DNA of 64,000 nt from an uncultured Candidatus Saccharibacteria bacterium (GCA_964394435.1 CAYMXN010000001.1:43739-107738); one strand, 5' to 3'; shown: positions 48,524 to 58,071, counted from the stretch's first letter. Numbers and translations: made by a program. Notes: a model not told the origin generated them from the letters alone.

Positions 48524-49663
48524 ATGAAGCGCAATATTCTATTTATCTCGTTGTTCTTTGTTGGTTTGTTTGGATTTTGCGCAAACAGCGTGTATGCGGC
48601 TTCTCTGTTTCTTTATCCGCAACATATCGACTTAGTTGAGGGTGAGAGTGCGAGCGTTGAGATTCGGCTTTCAACCGACGGAAAACAGATGAATGCTGCG
48701 GAAATCCATGGTGTTCTTACTGGGCTGGCGGCGAGTATTCGTAGTATTGATGATTCGCAGACTATTATTAAGCTCTTTCTTGATCGGCCTTCGACGGCGC
48801 GCAATGAGTTTGAACTCATTGGTGGCGTTCCGAATGGATTTGCGGGTGATGGTATTTTGGGAAGACTTACCGTTCGCGGTTTAGCTAAAGGAACTGCTTC
48901 GATTAGTTTTTTGCCTTCTTCGCAGGTACTTGAGAATGACGGGAATGGGACTGCGCTTCCGTTGTCTTTATCGGGTGCGACTATCGCTGTTTCTGCGCGT
49001 CCACAGGATTATATTGTCATCACGTCGCAGTCTCATCCGGATCAAGATATGTGGTATCAGCGTCGCTCAGTTCAGCTTCATTGGGATCTTAAGCCTGGGG
49101 CGAGCTATAGCTATTTAGTGAGTAGAGATATTACTGCGGTTCCTGATAATATGGCTGATAAGCCAGAGGGTGAGTTGCTTTGGTTAGGTGATATCAAATT
49201 GAGTGATATTCAGGATGGTATTACGTATTTTTCAGTTAAGGAGGTCGGGGGGAGTGTGGTGTCGAGGTATCGCTTGATGCAAGATAGTTCACTGCCGGAG
49301 TTTTCTGACGCGACTATTCGCCCAGGAATTATTGAGACGGGTGGGAAGGAGTTTCTGACTTTTTCTGCTACTGATGCAGTCTCGGGTATCGACCGATTTG
49401 AAGTGAAGGTTGATGGTCGTGATTTTGAAAGCGTGACATCGCCATATATTTTAGGTTCTGGGTACCGCACACTTATCTTGCGGGCGTACGATCGAGCGGG
49501 TAATTATGCTGAAAAAACGTTTACTGCTGCTCGCTTTGTGGTTATCTCTTGGTTCTCGGTTGTCATTCTCTTGCTCATCTTGCTTATCTTGGCGCTGCTG
49601 TATATTTTATTCCACTGGCTTAGCGATCGTCGTGAGGAGCGGAAAAAGCATATAAAAGTGTAG
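48524..49663 (+). CDS. membrane-anchored cohesin-domain protein
   Basis: Signal peptide; N-terminal about 140-aa module (LYPQHIDLVEGESASVEIRLS...ILGRLTVRGLAKGTASISF...GATIAVS) with cohesin-like pattern; C-terminal TM VVISWFSVVILLLILLILALLYILF and basic tail. Confidence 0.55.
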   Translation: MKRNILFISLFFVGLFGFCANSVYAASLFLYPQHIDLVEGESASVEIRLSTDGKQMNAAEIHGVLTGLAASIRSIDDSQTIIKLFLDRPSTARNEFELIGGVPNGFAGDGILGRLTVRGLAKGTASISFLPSSQVLENDGNGTALPLSLSGATIAVSARPQDYIVITSQSHPDQDMWYQRRSVQLHWDLKPGASYSYLVSRDITAVPDNMADKPEGELLWLGDIKLSDIQDGITYFSVKEVGGSVVSRYRLMQDSSLPEFSDATIRPGIIETGGKEFLTFSATDAVSGIDRFEVKVDGRDFESVTSPYILGSGYRTLILRAYDRAGNYAEKTFTAARFVVISWFSVVILLLILLILALLYILFHWLSDRREERKKHIKV

Positions 49664-49664
49664 A

Positions 49665-49698
49665 AACTAAAAACACCCGAACGGGTGTTTTTAGTTTC
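49665..49698. terminator. bidirectional terminator, perfect palindrome aaactaaaaacacccg-aa-cgggtgtttttagttt
   Basis: Between the convergent cohesin gene and efp. Confidence 0.8.
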
Positions 49699-50274
49699 TT
49701 ATTCCTTGGATTTTTCGAGACGTTCTACGTATGTGCCGGTAAGGGTGTTTACTTTGATGATGTCGCCGGTATTAACGAACATAGGAACTTGTACTGATGC
49801 TCCAGTTTCAAGGATCGCGGTTTTAGTGGTATTGCTGGCAGAGTTTCCTTTTTCACCTGGAGGGGTTTCTTTGATTTTAAGGTCAGCCTTGATTGGCCAG
49901 ACGAGGCTAATAACTTGATCTTTCCAGCGAATTGCTGTTACCTCGGTGTTTTGCTTAGTGAACTTGCCGCCGATGCCTGCGATATCTTCTGAAATCGAGA
50001 ATCGCTTGCTTGGGTCTTTGGCGTCGCAGAACCAGTAGGCGTCTTTATTAATATAAAGGAATTTTACCGTTTGTTTTTCGATCTCAACCTCCTCGAAGTT
50101 TTCGTTCATATGGAAGTTGCGCTGTAAAATCTTTCCGGTAATCAAGTTTTTAATTTCAGTCTGGGCGACTGGTTTGCGCTGTTGCATACGTAAAAAAGCG
50201 AAGCTAATAACTTCGTATGGCTGGCCCTCGTATACAAACAAGGTTCCTTCTTTAAGATCGTTATAAGAAAGCAT
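49699..50274 (-). CDS. efp: elongation factor P
   Basis: MLSYNDLKEGTLFVYEGQPYEV and three-domain EF-P layout. Confidence 0.85.
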   Translation of the reverse strand: MLSYNDLKEGTLFVYEGQPYEVISFAFLRMQQRKPVAQTEIKNLITGKILQRNFHMNENFEEVEIEKQTVKFLYINKDAYWFCDAKDPSKRFSISEDIAGIGGKFTKQNTEVTAIRWKDQVISLVWPIKADLKIKETPPGEKGNSASNTTKTAILETGASVQVPMFVNTGDIIKVNTLTGTYVERLEKSKE

Positions 50275-50353
50275 TGGTTTGCTGCGAAACGTTACTTAGT
50301 AATGGAGATATTTTAAGCAAAGTTGGCGAAAATGTCAATTTTGGTTTAAGATA

Positions 50354-51451
50354 GTGGCGATGAATCTGAAGTCTCAAAAAACGGTCTTTGTGGGTATGTC
50401 AGGCGGGGTTGATAGCTCTCTGACTGCTGCATTGCTTAAAGAGCAGGGCTACCACGTTGTGGGGGTGCATTTACGTTGCTGGAATGTTGATGGGTGTGCG
50501 GAGCAGGATGCGGAGGATGCGCGGCGGGCCGCTGAAGTATTAGAGATTCCTTTCTATGTATTCGATTTCGAGAAGGAGTATAAGGAGCGCGTGGTGAAGT
50601 ATATGGTTGATGGGTATAAAAAGGGTATTACACCTAATCCGGATGTGATGTGTAATCAGGAGATTAAGTTCGGATTGTTTTATCAGCGGGCGATTTCACT
50701 CGGTGCTGACTATGTGGCGACTGGACACTATGTAAAATTAGTTCGCTCGCGAAGCGGCTTGGCGTTATTCGCGGCAAAAGACTCGACGAAAGATCAGTCG
50801 TACTTTTTATGGACACTTACTTCCAAGCAGCTCGAGCATTGCTTATTTCCTTTAGGGGATCTTATAAAGCGGACGCAGGTCCGGAGGCTTGCGAAGAAGT
50901 ATAAGTTGCCTAATGCGCTCAAGAAAGATTCGCAGGGAATTTGTTTTCTTGGGGCGGTGAGTCTGCCGGAGTTCTTGGCTGATTTTATTCCGGCTAAAAG
51001 TGGCGATATTTTGAATATTGATGGTGAGGTTATTGGAACGCATAAGGGGGCGCAGTTTTATACGATTGGTCAGCGTCGGGGTATTGGAGTTGGGGGAAGC
51101 GATGAACCTTTGTATGTGGCTGAAAAGGATATACAGCAGAATACACTCGTATTAGCACCTGAATCAGACGCACTCCTTTATAAGGGCAGTGTTAGATTGA
51201 CGGATGTTAATATGATTTCTTCTAGCTATAAACTTTCAGTTATTGGCTCACGACTTCCTGTGTATGTGCGTGTGCGATATCGTCAGCCATTAGTGAAGGC
51301 GAATCTTATTTTGCGTGGTAAGCGCGGGTTAGAGCTTGTTTTTGATAAGCCGCAGAAGTTTATTGCGCCGGGGCAGTCGGCGGTTATGTATGTGAAGCGG
51401 CCGCAAGGATTTGAGATGATTGGCGGCGGTGTTATTGTTTCGGCGAAGTAG
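50354..51451 (+). CDS. mnmA: tRNA-specific 2-thiouridylase MnmA
   Basis: PP-loop VGMSGGVDSS; GTG 50354 or ATG 50360 start. Confidence 0.85.
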   Translation: MAMNLKSQKTVFVGMSGGVDSSLTAALLKEQGYHVVGVHLRCWNVDGCAEQDAEDARRAAEVLEIPFYVFDFEKEYKERVVKYMVDGYKKGITPNPDVMCNQEIKFGLFYQRAISLGADYVATGHYVKLVRSRSGLALFAAKDSTKDQSYFLWTLTSKQLEHCLFPLGDLIKRTQVRRLAKKYKLPNALKKDSQGICFLGAVSLPEFLADFIPAKSGDILNIDGEVIGTHKGAQFYTIGQRRGIGVGGSDEPLYVAEKDIQQNTLVLAPESDALLYKGSVRLTDVNMISSSYKLSVIGSRLPVYVRVRYRQPLVKANLILRGKRGLELVFDKPQKFIAPGQSAVMYVKRPQGFEMIGGGVIVSAK

Positions 51452-51470
51452 GGTATACTGTGAAGTAGCT

Positions 51471-52898
51471 ATGCCTACGCATCAAAAAGCGTTTTGGGCG
51501 ATGTCTTTTTTCTTAGTTGGCGTATTAGCAGCTAGCAGTATTTTTGATTGGCGCCAGTGGTTGTTTGTTCTTTCTGGTATTTGGTTGCTTATAGTTGGGA
51601 TGTTGATTCTAGCGCAGCGCTTTTGGTTAGCGCTTTTGTCGATTGGATTTCTTATCGGATTTTTGTACTACGGTTGGCACAATGCACTTACTCCACGGCT
51701 TGATGTAGTTGCGCTTTCCCAGCAGCCAGTTGAGGCGCTTGTACTTCGTTCGTCGGTAACCTTTGATAAACAGACTGTTGTCGCTAAGTTGCTTGAGTGG
51801 AGGGATGCTCGGATCCAAATTACCTTGCCTGTATATCCGGAGTATCAGTATGGCGACCAGATTCGTATTACCGGTTCTTTTATTGAGCCGCCTGAAAGTG
51901 GGTATTATCGTAAGGAGGGTATTGGAGCGACGGTTCGTTTACCGAGGATTGAGTTGCTTGCGAGTGGTAAAGGAGATGGGGTGTTGAGTATACTTTTTTC
52001 GTTTCGACAGAGTGTGATTAATTCATTAAAGGCTTCGCTTGGTCCTGATCAGGCAGCTTTCCTTGGTGGGCTTATTTTAGGCAGGAGTGTGGGGTTTTCG
52101 CAGGAGCTTCGCGATGAGTTTAAAGCTACGGGGACGACTCACTTAGTCGCACTTTCTGGCTATAACGTGAGTATTATTGTGGTGGCGATGGCGAGCTTAC
52201 TCGGGTTTTGGTTTTCGCGGCGGGTTATTTTTATCGTAACTACGCTGGCGATTATTGCTTTTGTGCTTATGACTGGCGCAGAAGCTTCGGTTATACGGGC
52301 GGCGATTATGGGTGTAATTTTGCTTGTTTCAGAGCGTGCCGGACGACCATTTTTGATGCGTAATGCGATTGCTTTGGCGGCGACGGTGATGGTGGTGCTT
52401 AATCCGAATGTGCTCTTGTTTGATGTTGGATTCCAGCTTTCCTTTTTCGCATTTTTGGGAATTGTCTATTTACAGCCGGCGATTATTTCATTTTTCAATT
52501 TTTCTCTTGAGCCGGGGGTGTTTGGTTGGAGGAAAAACTTAATTACCACTACTGCAGCACAGCTCATGGTATTGCCCCTGCTCTTGTACTACTTTGGTTT
52601 TTTCTCGCCAATTTCATTTATTACTAACTTGCTCATTGTTGGATTTATTCCTTATACGATGTTGTTTGGTCCACTGATTTATTTGGGGCACCTTATCTCG
52701 CCGCTACTTGGGATTTTTATTTCATTGCCTGCGCGAGTATTTCTCGGGTATGAGCTTGGCGTAATTCACTTCTTTTCAAAGCTTTCCTTCGGCGTTTCGC
52801 TCGTGGGTATTCCGGTTTTTGCTGTGTGTAGTTATTATTTGCTTCTCACTTGGTTTATGTATGCTGCTTGGCGCAGGCGTATGACAAGAAGTGTATAA
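51471..52898 (+). CDS. comEC: ComEC/Rec2 competence channel protein, membrane core (DUF4131 plus competence domain)
   Basis: Polytopic; HLVALSGYNVSIIV and AEASVIRAAIMGVILL motifs typical of the ComEC core. Confidence 0.7.
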   Translation: MPTHQKAFWAMSFFLVGVLAASSIFDWRQWLFVLSGIWLLIVGMLILAQRFWLALLSIGFLIGFLYYGWHNALTPRLDVVALSQQPVEALVLRSSVTFDKQTVVAKLLEWRDARIQITLPVYPEYQYGDQIRITGSFIEPPESGYYRKEGIGATVRLPRIELLASGKGDGVLSILFSFRQSVINSLKASLGPDQAAFLGGLILGRSVGFSQELRDEFKATGTTHLVALSGYNVSIIVVAMASLLGFWFSRRVIFIVTTLAIIAFVLMTGAEASVIRAAIMGVILLVSERAGRPFLMRNAIALAATVMVVLNPNVLLFDVGFQLSFFAFLGIVYLQPAIISFFNFSLEPGVFGWRKNLITTTAAQLMVLPLLLYYFGFFSPISFITNLLIVGFIPYTMLFGPLIYLGHLISPLLGIFISLPARVFLGYELGVIHFFSKLSFGVSLVGIPVFAVCSYYLLLTWFMYAAWRRRMTRSV

Positions 52899-53066
52899 TG
52901 CGTATATGGATACTCTGACACGTACTGCTGAATTTTTTCTGATGGCGTTCTTGCTTTTATTTGTTTGCGTATCGATGAATGGCGTGTTGCGGGTCTTTAT
53001 TTTGAGTTGGCTGATACTTTTAGGATTGTATATTTCGACGGTTATATATGGACGATTAAGGTTGAT

Positions 53067-53915
53067 ATGAAACGAATCCTGTTATATCTTTTTGCGCTTT
53101 TAGTCGGTATTGATTTTTGCGTGTGGGGTTTGGTTTTAATACATCGCTCATCCGCACAGGAGGCGTTGTATTTTTTTGATGTCGGGCAAGGTGATAGCGA
53201 GATGATTACGCTTAGTACGGGTGAGCATATTATTATTGATGGTGGGCCGACGAGTGCGATATTAAAAAATCTTGATCGTGTATTGGCGCCGACTGAACGA
53301 AGGATCGATTTGCTTATTATGACCCATCCGCAACTGGATCATTTTGCTGGGTTTGTTGATGTATTAAAAACGTATGATGTAGGTGCGTTTATTGGTAGCG
53401 GGCGCAAGGCGGATATTGGGGCGTATCAGGCGCTTCACCAGGAGCTTATCAAGCATAATGTTCCATATGTTCGGGTGGGTGAGGGAGATGAAATTCGCGT
53501 GGGTGATTCGGTACTTTCGATTCTATCTCCCAATGTGAGTGAGTCGCTTAGCGGGGAGCTCAATGATAGTTCGGTGGTGGTTTTGCTAAAAACGCCGCGG
53601 CTACGTGCTCTGTATACTGGCGATATTGGTGAAAATATTGAACAGCGTTTAGTTGCTGATTATGATTTGAAGTCGGACGTGCTTAAAGTTCCGCATCATG
53701 GTTCGCGGTTTTCATCGAGTAATGTATTTGTGAAAGAGGTTGATCCAGCGATTGCTGTTATTGAGGTGGGGGCGAAGAACACCTATGGGCACCCTACGCA
53801 GGCGGCGCTAAGTCGTTTAGCGAGCGTTGCTGATCAGATTTTGCGTACGGATCAACAAGGGATATTGAAAATTGTACCTAAAGGAGGCGCGCTTGAGATT
53901 TTGAATCAGAGGTAG
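53067..53915 (+). CDS. ComEC-type metallo-beta-lactamase domain protein (separate ORF)
   Basis: N-terminal TM; DVGQGDS, HPQLDHFAG, VPHHGS motifs. Confidence 0.7.
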   Translation: MKRILLYLFALLVGIDFCVWGLVLIHRSSAQEALYFFDVGQGDSEMITLSTGEHIIIDGGPTSAILKNLDRVLAPTERRIDLLIMTHPQLDHFAGFVDVLKTYDVGAFIGSGRKADIGAYQALHQELIKHNVPYVRVGEGDEIRVGDSVLSILSPNVSESLSGELNDSSVVVLLKTPRLRALYTGDIGENIEQRLVADYDLKSDVLKVPHHGSRFSSSNVFVKEVDPAIAVIEVGAKNTYGHPTQAALSRLASVADQILRTDQQGILKIVPKGGALEILNQR

Positions 53916-53965
53916 AAATTATCAAACGAGCGTGATAGTATCGATATATTCATCAAATCATATCT

Positions 53966-55252
53966 ATGGAGCGAACACTTATTAAAGATTTAGCGCAGTT
54001 AGTCGGAAAAGAGGTCTCGGTGAGCGGCCGTATTTTGAATATGCGCGTACTTAGTGGCAAGACATTTGTCGTTTTTCAGGATTATACCGGAGTGGTGCAG
54101 GCAGTTTTTGCGACTGAACCGGCTTTAAAAATCGGCGAGGCGGCGGTTTTGTCGGGTGTGGTAAAGGCGGATGCGCGCGCTAAGACTGGAGTAGAGCTTA
54201 GTGAAGTTAAGATCGTGGAGCGCTATAAGCTCTATGAGGATATTCCGTTTGATATTTCTAAGAATGAGCTTAATTTGAATGTGGATACGCTTTTTGATCA
54301 GCGTACGCTTTCGGTGCGTCATCCGAAAATTCAGGCGATTTTTAGGTTGTATGACTTATTATTGGCTGGTTATGAGCAGGCGGCTCGCGCAAACTCGTTT
54401 ACCGAGATTAAGACGCCAAAGTTGCTTGAAACGGCGAGTGAGGGTGGAGCGAACTTTTTTAAAGTAAGTTATTACGACCGTACGGCTGTATTAGCGCAGA
54501 GTCCGCAGTTTTATAAGCAGATTATGGTTGGTGCGCTCGAGCGTGTGTTTGAGATTGGTTCGGTATATCGTGCGGAGCCGTCGTTTACTACCCGTCACGT
54601 GAGTGAGTACATCGGGCTTGATGCGGAGATGGGATTTATCAGTTCGTATAAAGATGTAACTGCGGCTCTAACGAAGGTGCTCAAGGGGATGTTTGGTCAT
54701 ATTGCCGCAAATGGTAGGGAGTTTATGTTGATGTATCCAAAGGCGGAGGTGCCAACTGTTCCAGATGAGATTCCGCATTTTAAGCTTGCGGAAATTAAAG
54801 AGATTATCAAAAAAGAGTACGGTCATAGCGTGCCAGAAGATACAGATATCGACCCAGAAGGTGAACGTTTAGCGGGGCGATATGCGAAAGAGAAGTTCGG
54901 ATCAGACTTTGTCTTTATTACGCACTACCCGTGGAAGTATCGTGCGTTTTACACAATGCCAAGCAAGGAGAATCCGGAAGAGACGTATGGATTTGATTTG
55001 TTCTACAAGGGTCTTGAGATGGCGAGTGGCGGACAGCGTATCCATGACTACGACCAGTTGATCGAGAATATGAAGAAAAAAGGCGTGAGTCCGAAGGGTA
55101 TGGAGTCGTATCTTAACGTGTTTAAGTTCGGTATGCCGCCGCACGGAGGATGGGGGCTTGGCAGCGAGCGTTTAATTCAGCAGTTGCTTGGACTTGAGAG
55201 TGTCAAAGAGGCGATTTTGTTCCCGCGAGATGTAAAGCGACTCAATCCGTAA
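53966..55252 (+). CDS. class IIb aminoacyl-tRNA synthetase, Asp/Asn-tRNA ligase (compact archaeal-type)
   Basis: OB anticodon-binding N-domain; motif 2 FRAEPSFTTRH; motif 3 GGWGLGSERL. Confidence 0.75.
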   Translation: MERTLIKDLAQLVGKEVSVSGRILNMRVLSGKTFVVFQDYTGVVQAVFATEPALKIGEAAVLSGVVKADARAKTGVELSEVKIVERYKLYEDIPFDISKNELNLNVDTLFDQRTLSVRHPKIQAIFRLYDLLLAGYEQAARANSFTEIKTPKLLETASEGGANFFKVSYYDRTAVLAQSPQFYKQIMVGALERVFEIGSVYRAEPSFTTRHVSEYIGLDAEMGFISSYKDVTAALTKVLKGMFGHIAANGREFMLMYPKAEVPTVPDEIPHFKLAEIKEIIKKEYGHSVPEDTDIDPEGERLAGRYAKEKFGSDFVFITHYPWKYRAFYTMPSKENPEETYGFDLFYKGLEMASGGQRIHDYDQLIENMKKKGVSPKGMESYLNVFKFGMPPHGGWGLGSERLIQQLLGLESVKEAILFPRDVKRLNP

Positions 55253-55293
55253 GGGTTGCGGAAATCGGAAAGAAAAATTATTATCAACTACAT

Positions 55294-55773
55294 ATGAACC
55301 ACCCAAAAGAAGAGCGAACGTTAGTATTATTAAAGCCAGATGCACTCCAGCGAAATTTGTTGGGAGAAATTATCCAGCGTTTTGAGCGTCGTGGACTTAA
55401 GCTTATTGGCTTAAAAATGGTCCAGCTTGATGAGGTTATTCTCAAGGATCACTACGCACACCTTAAGGACAAGCCATTTTTTAAGGGTATTCAGGACTTT
55501 ATGTCTTCGTATCCAGTCGTGGCAATTGCGATTTCCGGTGTAAAGGCGATCTCGATTGTCCGTGCGATGGTTGGCCCAACAAAGGGGTATGATGCGGCGC
55601 CAGGGACGATTCGCGGAGACTTTTCGATGAGTACGCAATCAAATCTTGTACACGCGTCTGACCCAGCGGAAAATCCAGAGGCGGAGGTAAAGCGGTTTTT
55701 TGCTCCACACGAGCTTTTCTCGTATAAGAAGATGGAGTTTGATATCTTACACGCGGCTGACGAGCTTAAGTAA
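55294..55773 (+). CDS. ndk: nucleoside diphosphate kinase
   Basis: ERTLVLLKPDALQR and NLVHASD active-site His motif. Confidence 0.85.
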   Translation: MNHPKEERTLVLLKPDALQRNLLGEIIQRFERRGLKLIGLKMVQLDEVILKDHYAHLKDKPFFKGIQDFMSSYPVVAIAISGVKAISIVRAMVGPTKGYDAAPGTIRGDFSMSTQSNLVHASDPAENPEAEVKRFFAPHELFSYKKMEFDILHAADELK

Positions 55774-55786
55774 AAGTTATCCACCA

Positions 55787-55810
55787 AAAGCGCCTTGTCG
55801 GGCGCTTTTG
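55787..55810 (+). terminator. rho-independent terminator after ndk
   Basis: aaaagcgcc-ttgtcg-ggcgctttt. Confidence 0.75.
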
Positions 55811-55963
55811 CTTTTGTGGTATACTGTGTATGTAATCCCGCTCAAGGAATTCCTATCAAATTTCTTTATCAGGGATGGCACTATATCCTCTGACCTTGGT
55901 CTTAGGACGAGCCAACCCACCTAACAACTGTTAGGATTGTCCGGGCAGGATTACTCCAAAGAT

Positions 55964-55986
55964 GCCGACGCGAGTCGGCTTTTTTG
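55964..55986 (+). terminator. terminator-like hairpin inside the lepA leader (gccgac-gcga-gtcggc plus TTTTTT)
   Basis: 47 nt upstream of the lepA ATG; about 150 nt downstream of an extended -10 (tgGTATACT at 55816-55826). Confidence 0.55.
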
Positions 55987-56032
55987 TTGGCGTTTTATTG
56001 AATTCGTGGTATTTTTGCTTCATACGTTTTAT

Positions 56033-57925
56033 ATGGATAACATTCGCAATTTCTTAATTACCGCACATATTGACCATGGCAAGAGTACCTTGTCGGATCG
56101 TTTGTTGGAGGTAACCAAAACTGTTGAGCGGCGCAATATGCAGGCGCAGTATTTGGATTCGATGGATCTTGAGCGCGAGCGCGGCATTACGATTAAAATG
56201 GCGCCGGTTCGTATGGAGTATACGTTTGAAGGGAAGCAGTATATTTTGAATTTAATTGATACGCCGGGTCACTCGGATTTTGCGTATGAGGTGAGTCGTG
56301 CGCTTATGGCTGTTGAGGGTGCGATTTTACTTGTAGACGCGACTCAAGGTATTCAGGCGCAGACGCTTTCAAACTTTGAGCAAGCGCGGAAGGCGGGGCT
56401 TAAGCTACTTGGTGTAGTTAACAAAGTTGATATCGCAGATCAGGAGATGGTTGAGAACGCTGTTTTGGATTTAGCCGAACTGCTCAAAGTTTCACCGGAT
56501 GAGATTATCAAGGCTTCGGGAAAGACTGGGCAGGGTGTTGAAGACATTTTAGCTGCGGTTATTCGCCAAGTGCCTCCACCAAAGCAGCCGGAGTTTACGA
56601 TGCAGGCGGCGCGTGGGCTGGTATTTGATAGTCAGTATGATGACCATAAAGGTGTTATCGCGTTTATTCGGGTATTTTCCGGCAGTTTTAAGCTCAATCA
56701 AAACTACGGGCTTGTGGCGACTGGCGCGGAGGTAAAGACTAAAGACACTGGATACCTCAAGCCAGGGTTTATTACGAGTCCGGAAATTCACAATGGTGAG
56801 ATTGGATATATCGCAACGGGTATTAAAGATCCGGATAAGCTTAAGATTGGAGATACGATTACCGATTACTCGCTTTCTGCGCTTACTGATTCGCAGCGTA
56901 ATGATTTGGCATTGCCGGGATATCGCGAGCCAAGGCCGGTGGTGTTTGTGAGTTTTTACCCGGATGAGAGTGATGATTATGATGATTTTAAAAAGGCGTT
57001 AGCGAAACTGCGACTTTCTGATTCGGCGCTTGTATTTGAACCAGACCAGAGTGAGGTGCTTGGACGTGGATTTAAAGGAGGGTTCTTGGGTCGTTTGCAC
57101 TTTGAGATCGCGGCGGAGCGTATTGAGCGTGAGTTTAACATCCCAACGCTTAGCAGTTTTCCGTCAGTATCTTATAAAGTAAAGCCGTCAATTCGTGCTG
57201 GGGTGAAAAAAGATCAAGCGGTTACTAATGCGGAAAAGTGGGAGGGTGAGTATTTGATTGTACAAAATCCAAAAGATTTCCCGGATGAGTATCTCGAGGT
57301 GCTTGAGCCGATGACGCATATTGAGATTTTAACGCCACTCCAGTATATGGGCGCGATTTTGCAGTTAAAGGATTTGTACAGACTTTCAAATATTGAGACG
57401 CATCCGTTTGGTGTGCATGGTGCAGGAGCGCATAAGGATAAGATGCTTTTAAGTGCCGACTTGCCGCTTGCGGATTTGATTTCTGATTTTGACGATAAGG
57501 TGAAGTCGGTTTCGCAAGGTTATGGTTCTCTAAGTTATGAGCTGACTGATTATGTCCGCGGGGATGTTGATAAGGTTGAGATTTTAGTTGCAGATAATGT
57601 GGTTCCGGGATTAACGCGTGTTTTGCCGAAGGAAGATATTGAAAAAGAAGGGAGGAAGATGTGTGAGAAGTTGAAAGACTTATTGCCGAAACTCCAGTTT
57701 AGTCAGGCGATTCAGGCTCGTTGGCGTGGACGTATTGTTGCGCGCGAAACGATTGCTGCGGCGAAAAAAGAGTTGGGTAATTTTGGTAAAAATGGCGGAG
57801 ACAGAACGCGTAAGATGAAACTCTGGAAGAAGCAGGCGAGGGGTAAGGAGCGACTTAAAGAGCGCGGTATGGAGAGTGGCGTGCGTGTACCAGCTTCAGT
57901 ATTCAGAGAGTTGCTTAAGAAATAG
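56033..57925 (+). CDS. lepA: elongation factor 4 (LepA)
   Basis: IRNFLITAHIDHGKSTL, DTPGH, NKVD GTPase motifs; LepA C-terminal domain; internal ATG of ORF 55937..57925. Confidence 0.9.
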   Translation: MDNIRNFLITAHIDHGKSTLSDRLLEVTKTVERRNMQAQYLDSMDLERERGITIKMAPVRMEYTFEGKQYILNLIDTPGHSDFAYEVSRALMAVEGAILLVDATQGIQAQTLSNFEQARKAGLKLLGVVNKVDIADQEMVENAVLDLAELLKVSPDEIIKASGKTGQGVEDILAAVIRQVPPPKQPEFTMQAARGLVFDSQYDDHKGVIAFIRVFSGSFKLNQNYGLVATGAEVKTKDTGYLKPGFITSPEIHNGEIGYIATGIKDPDKLKIGDTITDYSLSALTDSQRNDLALPGYREPRPVVFVSFYPDESDDYDDFKKALAKLRLSDSALVFEPDQSEVLGRGFKGGFLGRLHFEIAAERIEREFNIPTLSSFPSVSYKVKPSIRAGVKKDQAVTNAEKWEGEYLIVQNPKDFPDEYLEVLEPMTHIEILTPLQYMGAILQLKDLYRLSNIETHPFGVHGAGAHKDKMLLSADLPLADLISDFDDKVKSVSQGYGSLSYELTDYVRGDVDKVEILVADNVVPGLTRVLPKEDIEKEGRKMCEKLKDLLPKLQFSQAIQARWRGRIVARETIAAAKKELGNFGKNGGDRTRKMKLWKKQARGKERLKERGMESGVRVPASVFRELLKK

Positions 57926-58037
57926 GTATCTAACTTAGGGCTGGGAGGGGTAATTTTGCTAGGTTTTGAGGAGATTTTCTGTTCGTGTTTTATGCTCCGA
58001 CGCTAGCAGGGTCAGCGCCTTAACTTAAGCGCTGGGG

Positions 58038-58065
58038 TTGACTTTTTCTTTATTTTGTGTATACT
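58038..58065 (+). promoter_or_regulatory. sigma70-like promoter TTGACT-16nt-TATACT
   Basis: Near-consensus hexamers with 16-nt spacer, seen directly. Confidence 0.5.
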
Positions 58066-58071
58066 GATTTT

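Noticed and set aside
55937-56032. 32-codon N-terminal extension of lepA in the ORF track
   Set aside because: The extension spans a terminator hairpin; the conserved LepA N-terminus (MDNIRNFLITAHIDHGKST) begins at the ATG at 56033.
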